64,000 nucleotides of DNA from Octopus sinensis (GCF_006345805.1 NC_043013.1:8680001-8744000); one strand, 5' to 3'. Shown: positions 36,675 through 50,749, counted from the first letter of the stretch. Notes: generated by a model from the sequence alone, not told the origin. Numbers and translations: made by a program.

Positions 36675-36911
36675 ACACACACACACACACACACACACAT
36701 TTATACATGGCTGTGTGGTAAGAAGTTTGCTTTCCAACTACATGGTTCTGGGTTCAGTCCCACAGCATGGCACCTTGAGCAAGTGTCTTCCACTATAGTC
36801 TCAGGCTACCAAAGCTTTGTGAGTCGATTTGGTAGATGGAAACTGAAAGAAGCCCATCATATATACATATGTACGTGTGTATATATGTATGTATATTTTA
36901 TGTGTGTGTCT

Positions 36912-36965
<54 letters not shown>

Positions 36966-37130
36966 ATATATATATATATATATACATATATATATACATA
37001 TATATATATACATATATATATATGTATGTATATATAACATATATATACATACATACATATATAATATAAGGATGTTGTTTACAAATATCAGTGCCTTCGC
37101 ATATGTAAAAAACCAGAAAGGTAAATAATT

Positions 37131-37464
37131 ATTAATTGATAATGAAGGGTACTAGAGGTAACACCAGCATGCTAAAATAGCAGTCAGAAATGATTCAAGA
37201 CTACAAATTTTCACTAAAACACAAAGGTGAAATCAAGGAAATGGGCCAAAATAGCCTTAAGACCCCATACAAATGACAAAAAAATCATAAATTGAAAAGC
37301 CAAACTGGCAATGTTTTTCATCATTTGAATGGGGTGTTAAGAATATTTTTGGCCATTTCCTTGATTTCACCTTTGTGTTTTAGTGAAAATGTGTGGTCTT
37401 AAATAATTTTTGACTGCTACTTTTAGCATGCTGGTATTAATCTCATGTACCCTTCATTATTAAT
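37131..37464. repeat. Older imperfect inverted repeat (~150-bp arms)
   Basis: For example, ttttcactaaaacacaaaggtgaaatcaaggaaatgg is mirrored; short spacer. Confidence 0.85.
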
Positions 37465-37972
37465 ATATATATTTATATATGTATATATAAATATATATAT
37501 ATATATCCACTTTAGTGGATTCTCTCTCATATGTGTATTAATAATATTTACTGAATCTCAGTTTTTTATGTGCTAAACCACTGGTATTAAATTGATGTTA
37601 TTAAATTAATATACAATTTTTTCACCCACATTTTGATGTATATATAAATATATATATTATTATATTTATTTATACATAGGGATAGTATACATATATTACA
37701 GATAGGTGGGTATTTGTGTGTGTGTGTGTGTGTGTGTGCCTCTTTTCATATCTGGACAAAAGAATATTGCAGTATACACTGCTGATTAACCTATATTTGC
37801 AGTCTGCAACCAGTCATCTGTCTTCTGCACCTATTTGACCTCAACTATAATTTTTTATGTGTATATATGTGTGTGTGTGCGTGCATGAATGTGCATGTGT
37901 GTGTGTATGCTTGTATATGTATATGCACACATGCGCACGTAAATATATATACATATGTATTTGTAGCTATAT

Positions 37973-38004
<32 letters not shown>

Positions 38005-38065
38005 CATACATACATATATATATATAATATATATATACATACATACATATATATATGTATATATG

Positions 38066-38121
<56 letters not shown>

Positions 38122-39049
38122 ATGGAAAGCGGACGTTAAATGATGATGATGATGATCATCATCATATATCTATATGTATGTATGTATGTATATAGTTCAT
38201 TAAAACTGATTCTGTATATTAGTGATATTCATTTCATTAACCGTGTTAACCAATGTTCTCTCTAAATTTTATCAGCAAAATCTGAATTATTATTATTTTT
38301 TTTCTCTGTCTACATATCTACCCTGAATGCATAACAAATATATTTATATCTTAAATTATCTACAATAACCTTTTTTTGCATACCGATTGGAAAAGCTTAT
38401 GTACATACTCACATAGACAAACATAAATACAAACACACATGCAGACAAAACTTAGCAGAAATGGTGCTGGAAGTATTTAAATTTAGACTTCGAAGATGTG
38501 GATCTAAATACAGTAATTAAACACGACACTACCGTTTCTACCAAACCTGCTTCCTTAGTATTTAAGATATAATATCTATCATCAAGAAGTTGTATGATAC
38601 AAGAAGCGTATAATTATCATTGATCTCTTTGACAGAGGTGGATGTCAGAACTGGCAGTGTGACTGACAATGCATTGTGGTATATCTATGCTATTGCAAAA
38701 AGTAATTATAAGTGACAGAATCAGTATTGATACCAAAGGGTGATATTTATCCCCACTTAAAAGTGGATGTAGTGTCAGAACACACAATACTGTGATAGTT
38801 GCCGTGAGAGAAACTCTCACATTGGCTTTCGGTGCATAATAGCACTCTTGTTTACATTATTAGCAAGAGACAAATCTCTGCTTGCCACTGCTGTGACTAC
38901 CAGATCACATGATTTCAGCCTTCCCTGGCTTTGTCAATGGTAGATGCCCAGATGCTGGAGATAAAATCTTTACTATGATCAAACTGATCGTACATAGAAA
39001 AGGACATTACAAGACAAACAAATACAAAAATGTTAAATGAGTTTGAATA

Positions 39050-39465
39050 CTCTTTACTCTTTTACTATTTTACTTGTTTCACTCATTTGACTGCGGCCAT
39101 GCTGGAGCATCGCCTTTAATCAAGCAACTCGACCCCGGGACTTATTCTTTTGTAAGCCCAGTACTTATTCTATCAGTCTCTTTTGCCGAACCGCTAAGTA
39201 ACGGGGACATAAACACACCAGCATCGGTTGTCAAGCAACACTAGGGGGACAAACACAGACACACAAACATAAACATACACATATATATATATACATATAT
39301 TTACGACGGGCTTCTTTCAGTTTCTGTCTACCAAATCCACTCACAAGGCTTTGGTCAGCCCGAGGCTATAGTAGAGGACACTTGCCCAAGGTGCCACGCA
39401 GTGGGACTGAACCCGGAACCATGTGGTTGGTAAGCAAGCTACTTACCACACAGCCACTCCTGTGC
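39050..39465 (-). mobile_element. SINE-A, full length
   Basis: Complete. Confidence 0.9.
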
Positions 39466-39813
39466 TCATTATGTTAAAAATTTACTTTAAAAATATTTTA
39501 TATAACGATTAATTTTTACTTTAAACTAGAACTTTTTTTTTTATAAAACAAAAACAAAGAAAGAAAACGAATAAAAGTTCAAAAAGATCGAACCTGGAGC
39601 CTATAAAGCCCAGCAACTATCTTTTCCTTTCGTCAATGATTAAGCTGGGTTACTGACACCCACCTTTCTCATCACATCCTTTCATCGTTTCTTGTATTCA
39701 CTTGTTGGCAGGTTCTTCCTATCCAACCCCATCTTGCTCTTCAGATGGTATCTGAAGTAAGACAGCCTATATCTTTGCTTTGTTATTATTATAAATTATT
39801 ATTATTATTATTA

Positions 39814-39858
<45 letters not shown>

Positions 39859-41249
39859 GGCAACAAGCCGGCAGAATCGTTAGCACGCTGGGTGAAATGC
39901 TTAGCGGTATTTTGCCCATCGCTATGTCCTAAGTTCAAAATCTGCTGAAGCCGTCTTTACCTTTCATCCTTTCAGAGTTCATAAAAATAAGTACCAGTTG
40001 AATACTGGGGCCAATGTAATCAACCCATACCCTTCCCCAAAATTGCTGCCCTTGTGGGAAAATTTGAAACTCTGACTATTATTTCTAGCAGACACCTGGT
40101 GTTGCTCAGGATTAAAATGGCATAGTTTTTAATTGTTTTACTTGTTTCAGTTATGTGACTGTGGCCATGCTGCAGCACTGCCTTTAGTCGAACAAATCAA
40201 CCCCAGGAATTATTCTTTGTAAGCCTAGTACTTATTCTATATGTGTCTTTTGCTGAAGTGCTAGGTTACGGGGACGTAAACACAGCAACATCAGTTGTCA
40301 AATGATGGTGGGAGTATAAATACAGACACACACACACACACACACACACACAAATATACACCTATATATGACAGTCTTCTTTCAGTTTCCATCTAGGAAA
40401 TCCACTCACAAGGCTTTGGTCAATCTGAGGCTATAGTATATATATTAGCTCGATTTACGCGTTCACCACCACAACATAGTTCAGGCTTAGCAGCCCTTTG
40501 TTTTCACTGTCCTGTTTGTGTTACCAATTTTGACCCTCTGCAAAATCCCAAATTTTATTTAATTTGCTTTGCAGGAGCAACTGTTTTATCGAAAGCATAT
40601 ATTGTTGTTAAATGCTCGAAATACGAGACTAGAAAAACAGCCAACAACTGATGAAGGGCCGGTTTTATGTTGTCTGTTTTGTTTTCCAATTGTGACTTTT
40701 GTTGTTTGAAAGAATAGTTCATGTTCCATGCACTCATGCTTCGTATATTTTTGTTGTACCTGTTTCGTGACGTTCTGTGACCACATATGCATACACATGT
40801 ACACATACATACATATATATATATACGTGTATATATACATATATATATATCATCATCATCATTGTCATTTAATGGCTGCTTTCCATTCTGGTATGGGTTG
40901 GATGGTGTAACTGAGGGCTGGCAAGCCAGAAGTCTGCACCAGGCTCCAGTCTGATCTGGCAAAGTTTCTACAGCTGGATGCCCTTCTTAATGCCAACCAC
41001 TCCGAGAGTGTAGTGGGTGCTTTTTACATGTCACCGGCATGAGGACCAGTCAGACGGTATTGGCATTGGTCACACATGAATCGTGCTTTTTACATGCCAA
41101 CGGCATGGGAGCCCGTCAGGTGGCACTGGCATTGACCACACACGAGTGGTGCTTTTTAAGTGTCACCGACACAGGGGCCTGTCAGGTTGAACTGGCAATG
41201 ACCACATTCAAAGTTGCTTTTTACATGCCACCGGTATGCGTATATCATC

Positions 41250-41580
41250 ATCATCATCATCATCATTTAGCGTCCGCTTTCCATGCTAGCATGGGTTGGA
41301 CGGTTTAACTGGGGTCTGTGAAGCCGGAAGGCTTCATCAGGCCCAGTCAGATTTGGCAGTGTTTCTACGGCTGGATGCCCTTCCTAACGCCAACCACTCC
41401 GCGAGTGTAGTGGGTGTTTTTTACGTGCCACCTGCACAGGTGCCAGACAGAGCTGGCGAACGGCCACAAACGGATGGTGTTTTTACGTGTCACCGGCACG
41501 GGGCCAGGCGATGCTGGCAACGGCCACGAACGGATGGTGCTTTTACGTGTCACTGGCACGGGGCCAGACAGAGCTGGCAA

Positions 41581-41585
<5 letters not shown>
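41250..41585 (-). mobile_element. SINE-B
   Basis: Homology to other copies. Confidence 0.88.
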
Positions 41586-41622
<37 letters not shown>

Positions 41623-42224
41623 TCAGGCCTCTATGTTTATCAACTTTGTCTCTTTCTTTCATGGTATGTTAATCTCCAGGCACATCTCTCGAAGTTTAAA
41701 GATGTCTCTCCTTTCAAAATACATTTTATATAACTATACAAGATTTTCTTTGGAGTACATGCAAAAAGAACTGTATCAATTTGTTATCCACACAGCTGTA
41801 TCTGCACTTACTGAACACAAAACCATGTAGCTATGAGGCAAAGTATATAATATCCTAATATCCATGCATCTGACTGAATATATGTATATATATATATATA
41901 TAACATTCATAGTGTGTTTATGAATAGAATTTGTATATAGTGTATAAAATGTGTAGAGATGTATTATAAATTCTATTGACACTGTATAAACTGCATAGAA
42001 GTATTATGTGTGAAACAGATGTATTATAATGTGATAGCTATGCTAGAATGTGGAATGTATTTTGCTGTCCTCCCGTAACAGTATCCAAAGTTATACAATA
42101 AGTATACAATAAATTTCAATGCACACACTGTCATGTCTATATCTGTATTATAACTTTTTTTTTGTGTTTACAGTGTCTACTACCATGCTATAATATTAAC
42201 AGCTATACTATCATATCAGGGTCA

Positions 42225-42420
42225 GTTGGTGGGGAGGCTTCTTTGTTTGTTAACTTGCTGAGCATGGAAGAAGGGGCAGTGCCGTTGGCATATGCAGGGC
42301 CTCTTTAGTGGATGAGATTGATGCCATTAATGCTCCTGTTGAACTTTTGGAGGTCAGCACCTACAGGAAAGACATCAGCAGGGAGAGAATTCCAGAAGGA
42401 GAATTTGTTCTGGGAAAGAA
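42225..42420 (-). mobile_element. CR1/L2-group LINE ORF2 C-terminal relic
   Basis: FFPRT, frameshift, FWNSLPADVFPVGADLQKFNRSINGINLIH-stop, matching the WNSLP..VFP...L..FK..IN end motif. Confidence 0.6.
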
Positions 42421-42872
42421 AAAATGGGAACAAAAATTAGTGTAGGGACAGACAAAACAAGGGTGATAAAGAGAAAAGGAAAGATGGAAGGATCAGAAAA
42501 GCCCCAAGTGGTAGCAGCAAATTGCTTGTTGCAAGATCAATGGTTGGTTGTCACTTTATTTTTCGATGTATTGTGAGCTACAGCAAAGTACTGCTATCTC
42601 TAGCAGATAAGTATCCACCACTGAGGATAAGCCGAAAGTGCTTGAAACCATATGGCCTGGTGGTCCCTTTGCTGGAAGATGGTAGGTGTTCGTTCCCCTC
42701 CTTGCAATATATATTGGGTGCAGATTGCATCGATAACCAGCTGGAGAAGGTATCGTCCTGGGGTTAAATGGTGGTAGTTAAGTCAGTTCTTAAAGGGGCA
42801 ATAACCATTACTTCTCAGTATATACACACTACTTTAATCTCTTATAAAGATTTTCTTACTAATTACTTTACT

Positions 42873-42917
<45 letters not shown>

Positions 42918-43816
42918 CACACATATATACGTGTGTAGATAAATATATGTTTGTATATATATATATATATTTATCACATGTATACATACACACACATGCA
43001 CCAATCTTGTTTGTCACACCCAGACACCTAGATGCCACCAGCTTCCTGTTCAGCCGCATGGTCAAATAAATTCCCCTTTCTAAAGGAAGTGTTGTCACTG
43101 AACAACTGACCTTACTCTGACATCACAAGGTGACCCACCTTGATCAATAGCAGCCTATTTTCCGGTAGCCATCTCGGACTTCCTGTGTTGCAACATTTAG
43201 TAATTCAAGTCATAAAAGTGATGGGCATCCTATGAAACCTTAAGTTGCATGAAACTGAATCAAACTGTTTAAAATAATAATAATGATAATAATAATAACA
43301 TATATATATATATATGCTGAGCTGCTGAAACCCCCTTTGGTCATGAATGACCATGGGATTGCACCTAGAAAGTTACCCTCCTAGACACAAGTCCGGGCAA
43401 TGTTGTTTATGGAAGACCAGCAGCCGCCCATGCATACCAGCCTCCCTTCTCCACGCCACCAGTGTTATCCAAGGGAAAGACAAAGGCCGATACAGCTTGG
43501 CACCAGTGACGTCGCAACTCATTTCTACAGCTGAGTGAACTGGAGCAACGTGAAATAAAGTGTTTTGCACAAGAACGCAACACGCAGCCCGGTCCGGGAT
43601 TCAAACTTACAACCTTGCGATCATAAGCTCGACGCTCTAATCATTGAGCCATGTGCCTTTACATGGGCGACTACTGGTCTTCCATAAACAACCTTGCCCG
43701 GACTTGTGCATGGGAGGGTAACTTCCTAGGTGCAATTCCATGGTCAGTCATGACTGAAGGGGGTCTCAGCAGAGATTTACTTACCTAATAACTGATTCAA
43801 TTAGAAGATATTGAAT

Positions 43817-44036
43817 CACAGCTACCATGACTTTCGGAAACATTTTTTCACGCTCAGAGTTGCTGAAGCATGGAATAAACTGCCTGCGTCAGTTGTTGAC
43901 TGCCATGACACTCTATCCTTTAAGGCCCTCATGCTTTCCGAAATCCGCCGAAACTACACCTGATTATATATACACTTTAGATGAGTTGTAGTGCACCTGA
44001 GCACTGTACACAATTATTATTATTATTATTATTATT
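43817..44036 (+). mobile_element. CR1-type LINE 3' fragment (near-identical to 55004-55215)
   Basis: Same FFTLRVAEAWNKLP-coding end, 3'UTR and ATT tail. Confidence 0.85.
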
Positions 44037-44172
44037 ATATTGAACCATTTGATCAGTTATTAGGTAAGTATATCTCTACGTTGTATATATTTGAATCGAA
44101 TTATATTTTGGCATAACAATTATAATCTTTTTTAAATGTTCCAAACTTCTGGCCACAAACTGTGTGTGCATA

Positions 44173-44223
<51 letters not shown>

Positions 44224-44984
44224 ATATATATATATATATTGTTTACTGTTCCATTATAAGTAGGATCACCAAAAAATATACTCTATCCAATGTAAGATAA
44301 ATATCATTTAATATACACAGAATTTTAAAGAAAGAGCTGCTAATGGTTTCATCGCGGAGAGATACAATAATTTGGCAGATTTATATAACATGCCATGGGA
44401 TTCCAAGAAATCTTTCAAGCTCAATGCATATCATTAGGCCTACTTGAAAATCAGGGTGCTCTTCTATGAGAAAAAAATGAGTAAAAAATGGTTTGAAAAA
44501 TTTTGAAGGAGGTTGATGCAAAAAGTGGAATGGAAAAAGAAAGAAAAGGAGATGAAGATCTTGATTTTCTTATTGTTTTTGTATTATATATACATATACA
44601 TATAAGCTGTAAGACCTTCTATCTATAAATGCTCTAACATCTATACAGCCTTGGTTTTTTTTATCTTATTACGCAAAAATTTCTTATATACACACGCTGA
44701 CATAGAAGCAACATTGAACCCTTTATTCGCAATATTACCGAATCTGGAACTTAACTATGGTCTGTCTATAGCATATATCATCATCATCATCCTCATCATC
44801 GTTTAATGTCCATTTTCCATGCTAGCACGAGTTGGATGGTTTGATCGGGGGTCTGGGAAGCCAGGAGGCTGCACCAGGCTCCAGTTTGATCTGGCAGTCT
44901 TTCTACAGCTGGATGTCCTTCCTAATGCCAACCACTCCGTGAGTGTAGTGGGTGCTTTTTACGTGCCAGAGGAGGCTGGCAGTG

Positions 44985-45026
<42 letters not shown>

Positions 45027-46299
45027 GAACACAAATGGGTTAAAATTCACTACAGCTGTTTCAGATATACTTCATGTGGAACATGCTTTCTTCGGGTGAA
45101 TTGAAATTTAAAATTTAAAATTTAATTGGAGCCGAAAAAAGAGGATCAGCAACCATTCCACATCTTGCTATTTTCTCCAAACCAAATTTTACATTATCAT
45201 TCACCTAAAGGAAACATTTCTTTTCATGATGTAATCAAATTATCGACAATATAAACACGTCTGAAACAGCTGTTGTGAACCTTAACCCATCTGTGTTCTT
45301 TCTTTATGTAAACATTGTACTTAGAACCTTCCCTATGTTGGATCTGAAACTTCCATTGGATTATGAAACTGCATGCCAGTGTGCTTCGGTATATAATTTT
45401 ATATACACGTATATTTATATGTGTATATTGATGTGTTCATGTACATGAAAGTGTTGATCTTTAGGCATGTCTGTATATGCATGAATATATGCGGGAGTGT
45501 CTATATATGATATATACATGACTTGGTGTCCTTAATACTAAAACACCTCCACTCAAATGAATCCTACAAATAATTAATTAATTACATGTGTGTATATATA
45601 GATATAAATATATAATAATCATCATCCTCATCATTTAGCATCCACTTTCCATGCTGGCATGGGTTAAACAGTTTGACTGGAACTGGTAAGCCGGAAAGCT
45701 GAACCAGGTTCCAGTCTGGTTTGGCATGGTTTCTATGGCTGGATGCCCTTCCTAATGCCAATCACTCCAAGTGTGTAATGGGTGCTTTTAACATGCCACT
45801 GGCACAGGTGTTTTTATGTGCCATCAGCATGGGTGCTTTTATGTGCCACTGGCACCTGTGCCAGTTACATGGCACCAGCATTGGCCACCACTACAATTTC
45901 ACTTGGCTTGATGAGCCTTCTCAAGCACGGCATATCACAAAATCCTGCATAGCTGAGTGGTTAGAGAATTGGGCTCAGCATCATGAGGTGGTGAGTCTGA
46001 ATCCCGGACCGGGCTGCGTGTTGTGTTCTTGAGCAAGACACTTTATTTCATGTTGCGCCAGTTCACTCAGCTGTAGAAATGAGTTGTGATGTCACTGGTG
46101 CCAAGCTGTATCGGCCTTTGCCTTTCTCTTGGAAAACATCGGTGGCTTGGTAAGGAAGGTTAGTATGCAATGGCGACTGCCAGTCTTCTATAAACAACCT
46201 TGCTTGGACTTGTGCCTTGAAAGGGAACTTTCTAGGTGCAATCCTATGATCATTCATGACCAACGTAGGTCTTTACCTCTCTTAAACATATATATACAA

Positions 46300-46630
46300 C
46301 CTTCCGTTTCGCGACCGTTGCCAGCACCGCCCCGTTTCGTGTCCATTGCCAGCCTTGCCTGGCCCTCGTGCCAGTGGCACATAAAAAGCACCATCCGTTT
46401 GTGGCTGTTTGCCAGCTCTGTCTGGCACCTGTGAGGGTGGCACATAAAAAGCACCCACTACACTCACGGAGTGGTTGGCGTTAGGAAGGGCATCCAGCCG
46501 TAGAAACACTGCCAGATTTGACTGGGCCTGATGAAGCCTTCTGGCTTCACAGACCCCAGTAGAACCGTCCAACCCATGCTAGCATGGAAAACGGACGCTA
46601 AACGATGATGATGATGATGATGATGATGAT
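46300..46630 (+). mobile_element. SINE-B ending about 50 bp before the 46682 acceptor
   Basis: Homology to other copies; (GAT)n tail. Confidence 0.88.
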
Positions 46631-46681
46631 ATGTGTGTGTGTGAGTATGTTTTTAATTATGTGTTTTGTTATATATTCCAG

Positions 46682-46871
46682 CATGGAGATTCCCGTTATG
46701 ATGTCTCTAGCCTTTCTCGTAGTGAGAGTGGTTCTTCAAGTCAGTCAATGCAACATGGAGGGATGCCAGAACTATTCCTTGGACTTTCCTATAATGGCAC
46801 CACAGGACGGTTGATGGTGGAAGTGGTAAAAGGTAGCAACTTCCGCAACATGGCAATGAATAGAGCTCCAG
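46682..46871 (+). CDS. SYT14: Synaptotagmin-14/16-like exon (linker and start of C2B)
   Basis: ttccAG acceptor, phase 0. Reads HGDSRYDVSSLSRSESGSSSQSMQHGGMPELFLGLSYNGTTGRLMVEVVKGSNFRNMAMNRAP. Donor GTATGT at 46872, phase 1. Confidence 0.94.
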
Positions 46872-47289
46872 GTATGTTTTTGTATTTTATTCTTTTGTTT
46901 GTTAATTTTTTTTTTTACTCATTTCAACCTTTGGACTATGGCCAGGCTAGAGTACCGCTTCCGAGGGTTTTTAATTTGTTATGTTGCCCCCACTACTTAT
47001 TTCAGCCTAGTACTAATTTTATTAATCTTTGTTTGATGAATTGCTATGCTACAAGACATTAGCAACAACACTGATTCTTTTTAAACTGGGGTAAACAAAC
47101 AGACTTGAATAGCAGATGCAGTCCAACCTGCTACTAAGAAATTGACAGATCCCATGACTAATAGGGTTTTATTATTTTGAAATTATCCGTTGAAATGGTG
47201 TTCATGTGGCTAAATAGTTCATTATGTCAATAAATGTTATAACATTATTATGGTTTTCTCACAAGTACACCAACATCAAAAATCAATGG

Positions 47290-47705
47290 AAACTGCAGTC
47301 GTGATCCCTGTGCCGGTGGCACGTGAAAAGCACCATCTGAACGTGGCCGATGCCAGCGCCGCTTTGACTGGCTTCTGTGCCGGTGGCACATAAAAAGCAC
47401 CATCCGAATGTGGCCGATGCCAGTGCTTCCTACACTGGCTTCCGTGCCGGTGGCATGTAAAAAGCACCAATCCGATCGTGGCCGTTGGCAGCCTCGCCTG
47501 GCACCTGTGCCGGTGGCATGTAAAAAGCACCCACTGCACTCACGGAGTGGTTGGCGTTATGAAGGGCATCCAGCTGTAGAAACACTGCCAGATCAGACTG
47601 GAGCCTGGTGCAGCCTTCTGGCTTCCCAGATCCCCGGTTGAACCATCCAACCCATGCTAGCATAGAGAACGGATGTTAAACGATGAGGATGATGATGATG
47701 ATGAT
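47290..47705 (+). mobile_element. SINE-B with several tandem head units
   Basis: Repeated gtggca(c/t)(a/g)t(a/g)aaaagcacc units. Confidence 0.88.
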
Positions 47706-48009
47706 GGTTTTCTGTTAAATATATACTTAATGTATGCTTAATATCTATCATTACACTTCATTTTCTGAAAAAAAAAATGTCTAGACGGGCTATTTTCATT
47801 CAAAAGCTATTATCCTGCATTACCCAAAAACTGAAGAATCTGAAATAAAAAAAAGAAAGGATGATACACAGAATAATGAAGACATAACAATGGTGTTGCC
47901 ATAATGTGCAAACCAGGTGGGAAAAGTTTTATCAAAATCGATTCACAGAAAACTAAGAAATCCTAAGCTATTAGTGTGGTTCTGGGTGTATATGATTGTA
48001 TGTGCATGG

Positions 48010-48039
<30 letters not shown>

Positions 48040-48044
<5 letters not shown>

Positions 48045-48330
48045 ATCATCATCATCATCATCATCATTTAGCGTCCGCTTTCCATGCTAGCATGGGTTGG
48101 ACGGTTCAACTGGGGTCTGGGAAGCCAGAAGGCTGCATCAGGCCCAGTCTGATCTGGCAGTGTTTCTACGGCTGGATGCCCTTCCTAACGCCAACCACTC
48201 CGTGAGTGTAGTGGGTGCTTTTTACGTGCCACCCGCACAGGTGCCAGACGGAGCTGGCAAACGGCCACAGACGGATGGTGCTTTTTACGTGCCGCTGGCA
48301 CGGGGGCCAGGCCAGGCTGGCAACGGCATA
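48040..48330 (-). mobile_element. SINE-B
   Basis: Homology to other copies. Confidence 0.88.
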
Positions 48331-48353
48331 TATATATATATATATGTATATAT

Positions 48354-48740
48354 GGCATGACTTGGCTTCGCGAATGAAGATCAGGAAGGCTGTCCACGTC
48401 GCGTGCATGCACGCTCATGACTGACAAGTCCAATATGGGAAAGGCAGGTCTGTGAGCAGTGTCCACAGATGAAGGTAACATCCGGGGTGGTGTCAGAGGC
48501 GGCTCGCGCCTTCCTCCTGCGACTCTTGTCTTTAAGTGCGTCTCTTCTTTGTTCCTCAAACTTGCTGACTGCGTTGAAGATTGCGTGGCGCCAGACATCA
48601 CGGTCCGCAGCCAGGTATGACCAGCATTGGTGGTTAATATGACATGCTGTTAGAGACTTCTTGAGGCAGTCTTTGTAGCGCTTCCTCGGAACTCCTCTCA
48701 CTCGGTGGCCAGTGGAGAGTTCGCCAAACAGGGCAATCTT
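48354..48740 (-). mobile_element. 5'-truncated RTE (BovB-like) LINE 3' end with an intact C-terminal frame
   Basis: KIALFGELSTGHRVRGVPRKRYKDCLKKSL...FICGHCSQTCLSHIGLVSHERAC, stop at 48381, short 3'UTR (cttcattcgcgaagccaag). Inserted in (TA)n; richer in GC than the flanks. Confidence 0.9.
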
Positions 48741-48889
48741 ATATATATATTATATATATTCTGTTGTGTCTGGGGAGAGTCATTCTGTTTTGGTGCCTTA
48801 AAATTTAATACACTCACCGGTAAAATTTCCACTTATTTCTATTTTATTTTTCTAAAATTTCTGTTGCGTCTAGCAACCTTTTCAATAGT

Positions 48890-49154
48890 TTTATTCTTTT
48901 ACCTTTTTTCAGTCATTTGACTGTGGCCATACTGGAGCACTGCCTTTAGTTGAACAAATCGACCCCAGGACTTATTCTTTGTAAGCCTAGTACTTATTTT
49001 ATCGGTATATTTTGCCGAACTGCTAAGTTATGAGGACATACACACATCAACATCAGTTGTCAAGCGATGGTTGGGGAACAAACACAGACACACAAATACG
49101 TACATATACGTTTGTATATATATACAAATACATACATATATATAAATATGTGTG

Positions 49155-49221
<67 letters not shown>

Positions 49222-49390
49222 GTGTGTATATATATATATATATGACAGGCTTCTTTCAGTTTCCATCACAAGGCTTCGGTTGGCTTGAGGCTATAGTAGA
49301 AGAGACTTACCCAAGGTGCCACACAGTGGGACTGAACCTGGAACCATGTGTTTGAGAAGCAAACTTCTTATCACACAGCCACTCCTGTGC
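48890..49390 (-). mobile_element. SINE-A with an expanded (TA)n core
   Basis: Homology to other copies. Confidence 0.82.
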
Positions 49391-49924
49391 CTATATATCT
49401 ATATCCTGCAAAGCTAAAAGGGTTCTTTCTCCTCTATGTTGTGGCCATTTGTAAGGGACTATGCGAATTATAATGTGTGTGTGTAGGAGAGGATTTCGCT
49501 GTGGTCATGCTGGAGTACCTCCTTCAGGGCTTTTTTTTGTTTTAATCTGTTATATTACCATCTAGTGCTTTTGCTTGATGCTTATTTTGCCATTCTCAGA
49601 AGATATGGAAATGCTAAGTGGGCACAAAGTTGATAGTGGCATGAAGGGAGATAATTCAGTTGGATTTAAATGTCACATGGTATTGATGTTTGAATGACCC
49701 ATTTCCACCCTAAACTGATGTATTTGGGTCTATACACACTGCACTGCACTAGTACACTGTCTGGTTTTCTTCAATGGTATTTTTTATTCAATATTTTCAA
49801 GCAGCCTTATTTCCAAAGGACTTCCTCCCTGCTACTTAATTGATCTGACTACACATGCAGCCTTATATCTTTTACTTGTATTGTATCATTGTTATATCAT
49901 TATATATGTGAATTGACAAAGAAT

Positions 49925-50217
49925 GAAATTATTATTTCGTTTTCGGATTTGGTTTGCAAGATTCTTTATGTGAGTTCGTGTGTTGAAGTATATTCTGTTG
50001 TGTCTGAGGAGAGTCATTTTCTTTTTGTACCTTATAATGTAACACACTCACCGGTAAAATTTCCACTTTTTTTCTTATTTTTATTTTCCTAAAATTTTTG
50101 TTGCGTCATGCAACCTTTTCAATAGTTTTGACTCTCAAAATTTGAATCTGGAAATATTACCGGTGAGTATGTTATATTATAGGCACAAAAAGAAAATGAC
50201 TTTCCCCAGACACAACA
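49925..50217. repeat. Unclassified repeat with an internal inverted duplication
   Basis: Arms 49996-50065 and 50149-50217. Other copies at about 48760-48890, 62272-62350, 62835-63050. Confidence 0.75.
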
Positions 50218-50749
50218 CAAATTATTATTATTGAATGAGAGAGCAGTGTGTGCCATCAAAGGGACACTTGGGTACAAATATACAAATTCAATATGCTCAT
50301 CATGACTATCTCTCTAATAAGGATACATCAGGCACATGCATCACATCTGTATGTCTGCAACAGGGTGATCTCATATCAAGATAAACAGCGCATGACCTTG
50401 CAGGTGGGACCTAGTTAGAATTTTCTTCAGGTCAAGTAGTGAATCTCACTCAAAGGGTCCCAGAATAAGGGTTGTTTAAGGACGATGAATGAATTACCCA
50501 TGTTTCCAGGAGTGAATTATTCAAACTCCAAAGAATCTCTGTCAACCCGAGGCTATGATGCTCCTCTACTACTTCTGCTTGTGATCAGAGATGTGCATAT
50601 TGTCAGCCACTAAGGGACATGCTCAAATGGTTTAAGTCAAACAAGTGACAAGCAAATCTGTGGTATTGAGCAGAATATTTGCTGTAGCCCATCTTTTATA
50701 TTAAGACAAAGCATATATATGATAATACTCCTAATCAGTCCCTCCTCCT

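Noticed and set aside
38617-38960. Unique-looking stretch with a 67-aa minus-strand ORF
   Set aside because: No recognisable domain, splice pattern or repeat identity.
40620-40700. CTGATGA in a Penelope-looking segment as a hammerhead
   Set aside because: No downstream stem II/GAAA or stem I partner could be built.
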